Shown in pieces: positions 59,564 through 64,000 of a stretch of DNA of 64,000 bases. Source of the DNA: an uncultured Pseudohongiella sp. (GTDB lineage: Bacteria; Pseudomonadota; Gammaproteobacteria; Pseudomonadales; Pseudohongiellaceae); assembly GCA_965221805.1 (NCBI GenBank), contig OZ244913.1:345724-409723 (forward strand), written 5' to 3'. A program made the position numbers and the translations under genes. The notes below the pieces were generated by a model. It was given only the letters and a program-made list of their open reading frames with translations, made no database searches and had not been told where the DNA came from. The number at the start of each line of letters is the position of its first letter. The stretch's first letter is position 1.

Positions 59564-61480
59564 ATGCTGAACCACTATCCAGCCTGGAAAAACCTGCTGA
59601 TCCTGCTGGTCATGGTGCTCGGCGTTCTCTATTCGGTGCCCAATCTGTACCCCGACGACGAAGCCCTGCAAGTCACCCACGAAAGCCGCGGGCTTGGGCA
59701 GACCGACCTTGAGCGGATCACCACGGCGTTGGAAGCCGCCCGGCTCGCCACCATCGGCCGCGAACTCAACGACAGCGGCATCCTGCTGCGCTTCGATGGC
59801 GTCGAGGAGCAACTGCGGGCCAAGACCGCCATCGAGGATGCCCTGGGCGACGACTTCATCGTCGCCCTCAACCTCGCGCCGACGACGCCGGGCTGGATGC
59901 AGGCCATCGGCGCCGGCAAGATGAACCTCGGCCTCGACTTGCAGGGCGGCGTGCATTTCCTGATGGAAGTCGATATGGAAGCCGCCGTGCTCGGGCGCAT
60001 GGAAGACAATCTCAGCAATGTGCGCAGCATTCTGCGCGAGCTTCGCATCCGCAGCCGGGGTCTCGCCCTGGTCGACAGCTCGCATATCGAAGTGCGTTTC
60101 GCCAGCGCCGGCGACCGTTCCCGGGCCCGTTCGGAACTGCTCGACAACTTCCCCGAACTGCAATTCCAGAACCGCGAGGCCAACGATCTTTACCTTCTCG
60201 ACCTGCGCATGACCCAGGACACGATGCTGCAAATCCAGCGCGACACGCTCCAGGCGAACCGCACCACCCTGCTCAACCGCGTCGACGCCCTCGGCGTCGC
60301 CGAGCCCACGGTGCAGCAGCAGGGCGCCAACCGCATCGTCGTCGAATTGCCCGGCGTCCAAGACCCGGCCCAGGCGATCCGCATCCTGCAACGCATCGCC
60401 ACGCTCGAATTCCACCTTGAGGCGGCGCCCGGGGCGCCCCGGTCGAGCTATGAGACCTACGACTACGTCACCCCCGAAGGCAGCTTCACGGTAAATGTCG
60501 ACAACGACGTGATCCTCCAGGGCGACCGCATCAGCAATGTCCGCCCCTCGCTCGACCAGAACGGCCTGCCCCAGGTGCAGATCAGCCTCGACGCCCAGGG
60601 CGGCAACCAGATCAACCGCGTCACCCGGGACAATGTGGGGCGGATGATGGACATCCTGCTCATCGAGACGCGCTCGCGCACCAATCTCGTCATCGATGAA
60701 AACGGCGGGGAGGTCGAGGAGATCGAGTTCTTCGAGGACCGCCGCCTGATCAGCCACGCCCGCATCAATTCGGCCCTCGGCCGGCAGTTTGTCATCACCG
60801 GCCTCACCCAGCGCGAGGCCATGGATTTGTCGCTGCTGATCAGCTCGGGCTCGCTCGCCGCGCCGATGACGATTGTCGAGCAGTCGGTGATCGGCCCCAC
60901 CATGGGGCGGGAGAATCTCGAGCAGGGCATCCGTGGGGTGCAGATCGCGGCGATTCTGGTGGTGGTGTTCATGCTGCTCTACTACCGGATTTTCGGCATC
61001 GCCGCCAATGTCGCCCTGATCATGAACATCGTGCTGATCTTCGCCGTGCTGTCCTCGGTGCTGCCGGCGACATTGACCCTGCCCGGCATCGTCGGCATCG
61101 TGCTGACCGTGGGCATGGCGGTGGACGCAAATGTGCTCATCTTCACCCGGATCAAGGAGGAATTGCGCAACGGCCTGCCGCCGCAGCAGGCGATCAGCGC
61201 TGGCTACGACCGCGCCTTCACCACGATTCTCGACGCCAATCTGACGACTTTCCTGGTGGCGGTGGTGCTGTTCACCATCGGCACCGGCCCGGTCAAGGGC
61301 TTCGCGGTGACGCTGATGATCGGCATTGTCACCTCGATGTTCACCGCCATTGTCGGCACCCGGGCGCTGGTCAACCTGATCTACGGCCGCCGCCGCGAGC
61401 TGCGCAGCCTGTCGATCGGCATTCTTCCGGTCAAATCCAGTCCATTCAAGTCCAGGCCGGGCAAGGGCCAGGCCGCCTAG
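59564..61480 (+). CDS. secD: protein translocase subunit SecD
   Basis: Start taken at MLNHYPAWKNLLIL. Periplasmic P1 domain, C-terminal TM bundle, LGLDLQGGVHF. Confidence 0.95.
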   Translation: MLNHYPAWKNLLILLVMVLGVLYSVPNLYPDDEALQVTHESRGLGQTDLERITTALEAARLATIGRELNDSGILLRFDGVEEQLRAKTAIEDALGDDFIVALNLAPTTPGWMQAIGAGKMNLGLDLQGGVHFLMEVDMEAAVLGRMEDNLSNVRSILRELRIRSRGLALVDSSHIEVRFASAGDRSRARSELLDNFPELQFQNREANDLYLLDLRMTQDTMLQIQRDTLQANRTTLLNRVDALGVAEPTVQQQGANRIVVELPGVQDPAQAIRILQRIATLEFHLEAAPGAPRSSYETYDYVTPEGSFTVNVDNDVILQGDRISNVRPSLDQNGLPQVQISLDAQGGNQINRVTRDNVGRMMDILLIETRSRTNLVIDENGGEVEEIEFFEDRRLISHARINSALGRQFVITGLTQREAMDLSLLISSGSLAAPMTIVEQSVIGPTMGRENLEQGIRGVQIAAILVVVFMLLYYRIFGIAANVALIMNIVLIFAVLSSVLPATLTLPGIVGIVLTVGMAVDANVLIFTRIKEELRNGLPPQQAISAGYDRAFTTILDANLTTFLVAVVLFTIGTGPVKGFAVTLMIGIVTSMFTAIVGTRALVNLIYGRRRELRSLSIGILPVKSSPFKSRPGKGQAA

Positions 61481-61523
61481 TTGCATAAATCCGGTATAAG
61501 TCCAGTGGTGTGAATCCATCCCC

Positions 61524-62483
61524 ATGAAAGCGCGAGACGGCAGAATTCTGATCGATTTCATGCGCGGCCGCCGGGTGGCGGCGGCGCTGTCGCTGCTCGC
61601 GGTGCTGGTCGCCCTCGGCTCGCTCGCCACCCGGGGGCTCGAGTTCGGCCTCGATTTCACCAGCGGGACTTCGGTGCGGCTCGGTTTCACCCAAACCGCG
61701 CCCATCGACGCGATCGGCGCCCAACTCGACGGCGCTGGCTACGAAGACGCGGTGGTGGTCAATTTCGGCTCGGACCGCGATATCCGCGTGCTGCTGCCAA
61801 TCGACCCCGGCATCGGCGCCGCCAACGAAGCCGAACAGGCGGCGCTGACCGGGGAAGCCATCGCGGCGCTGCTGCGGGAGGGCATCGACCCCGGCGTGGT
61901 CCTGCTCGGCTCGGACTACGTCAGCGCCAAGGTGGGCGGAGAACTCGCCGAGCAGGGCGGGCTCGGCATGCTCGTGGCGCTCGGCATCATCATGATCTAC
62001 ATCTCCGTGCGCTTCCAGTTCAAGTTTTCCGTCGGCGCCGTGGTGGCGCTCGCCCACGACTTGATCATCACCCTCGGCATTTTTTCGCTCACCGGCATGG
62101 AGTTCAATCTCAACACCCTCGCGGCATTGCTCGCCATCATCGGCTATTCGCTCAACGACACCATCGTCGTGTCCGACCGCATCCGCGAAAACTTCCGCAC
62201 CCTGCGCAAAACCGAGCCGGTGGACACGGTGAACATCTCGCTGAACCAGACCCTCGGCAGGACGATGATCACCTCCTTCACCACCCTGCTCGTGCTGTTT
62301 TCGATTCTGCTGATCGGCGGCGAATCGACCCAGGGATTCGCCATCGCGCTGATCATCGGGGTGGTTGTGGGAACTTACTCTTCAATTTATGTCGCATCGA
62401 ACGTTATTATTTTCATGAAGGTGACCCGTGAAGATCTGCTGGTGCCGGTCAAGGAAGACGCCGACGCGGACAGCGCGGTCTAG
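61524..62483 (+). CDS. secF: protein translocase subunit SecF
   Basis: 319-aa ORF with GLDFTSGT, IGYSLNDTIVVSDRIRE. Confidence 0.95.
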   Translation: MKARDGRILIDFMRGRRVAAALSLLAVLVALGSLATRGLEFGLDFTSGTSVRLGFTQTAPIDAIGAQLDGAGYEDAVVVNFGSDRDIRVLLPIDPGIGAANEAEQAALTGEAIAALLREGIDPGVVLLGSDYVSAKVGGELAEQGGLGMLVALGIIMIYISVRFQFKFSVGAVVALAHDLIITLGIFSLTGMEFNLNTLAALLAIIGYSLNDTIVVSDRIRENFRTLRKTEPVDTVNISLNQTLGRTMITSFTTLLVLFSILLIGGESTQGFAIALIIGVVVGTYSSIYVASNVIIFMKVTREDLLVPVKEDADADSAV

Positions 62484-62547
62484 TTTACCGGACAGCACAC
62501 TAGGAGCCTGCGCAGAATGGCGGGGGAGGGGCTTGGCTTGTTTTATC

Positions 62548-62573
62548 CGTCATTCCGCGCGAAGTCGCGGAAT
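62548..62573 (+). repeat. solo REP-like hairpin of the CATTCCGCGCG family
   Basis: CGTCATTCCGCGcgaagtCGCGGAAT (8-bp stem) in the secF-mltD spacer. A related fragment, CGTCATTCCGCATGAC, lies at 23748-23763. Confidence 0.6.
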
Positions 62574-62617
62574 CTCCATCAGGCTGGCGCATAGTTTAGT
62601 TAAATCTGGAATCGCCA

Positions 62618-64000
62618 ATGATCATTGCAACCAATGCGGGAGGCGCCCGCGGCCTCCGCTTGCCCGCGATCGCGCTTTTCGCCGCGCTCGCTTTGCCGGC
62701 GGCGCTGGCCCAGTCCAGTGGCCAGCCCAGTGAACTGTTTCCGCGGCCGCCGCAAATCGAGCCGGCGGTCAATTTCTGGCTCAAGGTCTACACCGAGGTC
62801 AACACCGGCAACGGCTACCTCCACGACGCGAGAAACCTGGCGGTCATCTACGAGACGGTGTCGCGCGGCCAGCGCGATATCGACCGCGCCAGAAGCCGGA
62901 TACAGGAAGACCTGCGCGTGCTCGCCAGCGGCCGGCGCGAGGGCCTGAGCGGGCGGCAGCGGGAAATCCTCGGCCTGTTCCCCCCCGGCGCGGACGGCGA
63001 AACCTTCCGCGCCGCCGCCGCCAACGTGCGCTTCCAGCTCGGCCAGTCCGACCGTTTTCTCGATGGGCTCAGGCGCTCGGGCGCGTATCGCGCGCACATC
63101 AGCGCGGTGGTCCGGGAGAAAGGCCTGCCCCGGGAACTCGGCATCCTGCCCCACGTCGAGTCGTCGTTCAATCCATTGGCGGTTTCCAGCGCCTCGGCTT
63201 CGGGCATGTGGCAGTTCGGCCGCGCCACCGGCCAGCGCTTCATGCGCATCGACCATATCGTCGACGAGCGCATGGACCCCTACCTCGCCACCCACGCCGC
63301 GATGAGCCTGCTCGAGTACAACTACAGCATCCTCGGCACCTGGCCGCTGGCGCTGACCGCCTACAACCACGGCGCCGGGGGGATGCGGCGGGCGGTGCGG
63401 GAAACGGGAACCACCGATATCGAAAAAATCATCGCCAATTACCGCGGGCGGCTGTTCGGCTTCGCCTCGCGCAATTTCTACGCCCAGTTTCTCGCGGTGC
63501 TGCAAATCGAGGACAATCTGGAGCGGTATTTCGGCGATGTGCCGATGGACCCGGCGCCAGACTTCCGCGAACTGCGGCTCGACGGCTTTGTCGAGGCCAA
63601 GGCGCTCGCGGGCGCCTTCGGTGTGAGCCTTGAGCAGTTGCGCGCCGACAACCCGGCCCTGCGGCCGGCGGTGTGGGAGGGCAACAAGCGCATTCCCGCG
63701 GGCTTTCCCGTCAAGCTGCGGGCCGGGCAGGTTCCCGAAGGCGACTTGCCCGCCCTCGTGCCGAATGAACTCCAGTTCGCGATGCAGACCCCGGACATGG
63801 CCTATGTCGTCGAGCGCGGCGACAGCCTCTCGCGCATCGCCGAGCGCTTCGACACCAGTGTTTCCCGGCTCGTGGCGCTGAACCAGTTGGCCAACCGCCA
63901 CCGCATCGCGATCGGCCAGCGGCTGCTGCTGCCCCAGGACACCGCCGATGCGGCCGGCCCGGCGCCCGCATCCGAGCCTGTGCTCGTCGCCGCCGTTGCG
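62618..64000 (+). CDS. MltD-like lytic murein transglycosylase with LysM domain (3' end outside the window)
   Basis: Translated by hand; absent from the ORF track because it has no stop in the window. Signal peptide LFAALALPAALAQ. SLT motif PHVESSFNPLAVSSASASGMWQF..AYNHG. LysM YVVERGDSLSRIAERFDTSVSRLVALN. Confidence 0.8.
   Translation, partial: MIIATNAGGARGLRLPAIALFAALALPAALAQSSGQPSELFPRPPQIEPAVNFWLKVYTEVNTGNGYLHDARNLAVIYETVSRGQRDIDRARSRIQEDLRVLASGRREGLSGRQREILGLFPPGADGETFRAAAANVRFQLGQSDRFLDGLRRSGAYRAHISAVVREKGLPRELGILPHVESSFNPLAVSSASASGMWQFGRATGQRFMRIDHIVDERMDPYLATHAAMSLLEYNYSILGTWPLALTAYNHGAGGMRRAVRETGTTDIEKIIANYRGRLFGFASRNFYAQFLAVLQIEDNLERYFGDVPMDPAPDFRELRLDGFVEAKALAGAFGVSLEQLRADNPALRPAVWEGNKRIPAGFPVKLRAGQVPEGDLPALVPNELQFAMQTPDMAYVVERGDSLSRIAERFDTSVSRLVALNQLANRHRIAIGQRLLLPQDTADAAGPAPASEPVLVAAVA

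Noticed and set aside
59456-61705. 749-aa minus-strand ORF
   Set aside because: Antisense to secD and secF. A shadow ORF.

Overview
High-G+C gammaproteobacterial-type chromosome segment. The housekeeping backbone follows a gene order I recall from E. coli and Pseudomonas: ubiA, recG-ridA-spoT-rpoZ-gmk, htpX, yicC, rph-pyrE, argB-algC-coaBC, radC, tRNA-Phe, hisC, prfC, tgt-yajC-secD-secF, and an mltD-like gene running off the 3' end. Several visibly AT-richer or otherwise atypical accessory insertions interrupt it. (1) An ABC-type ATPase plus Toprim-like (DUF4276-like) two-gene cassette at 1.4-3.2 kb. (2) A mosaic cluster at 3.5-13 kb of about five GT-C-like polytopic membrane proteins plus a membrane-fused spermidine-synthase-like protein, including a frameshifted low-GC paralog. 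(3) RelE/HigB-like and HicBA toxin-antitoxin modules at 13-14.2 kb. (4) A tiny DUF2829/Tad2-like ORF between gmk and rpoZ. (5) An island between yicC and rph at 23.7-28.4 kb with an orphan NTPase, a 2-TM protein and an SPPF-type methylase with an apparently split Mrr-type endonuclease. (6) An IS5/IS427-type IS plus vapBC between pyrE and argB. (7) A decayed tRNA-Phe island at 36.4-41 kb with integrase, IS630 and SRAP remnants, fitAB-like TA and an orphan 600-aa GHKL ATPase. (8) A secreted DUF1592-DUF1552-COG4315-unknown operon. (9) An orphan Dcm facing an AlbA_2/HATPase_c_4 protein. A structured dispersed repeat family and a large nested palindrome occupy intergenic regions. No CRISPR array or rRNA was seen. 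All family names come from motif recognition by eye and no searches were run. Composition statements are visual. Non-ORF coordinates may be off by a few nt.
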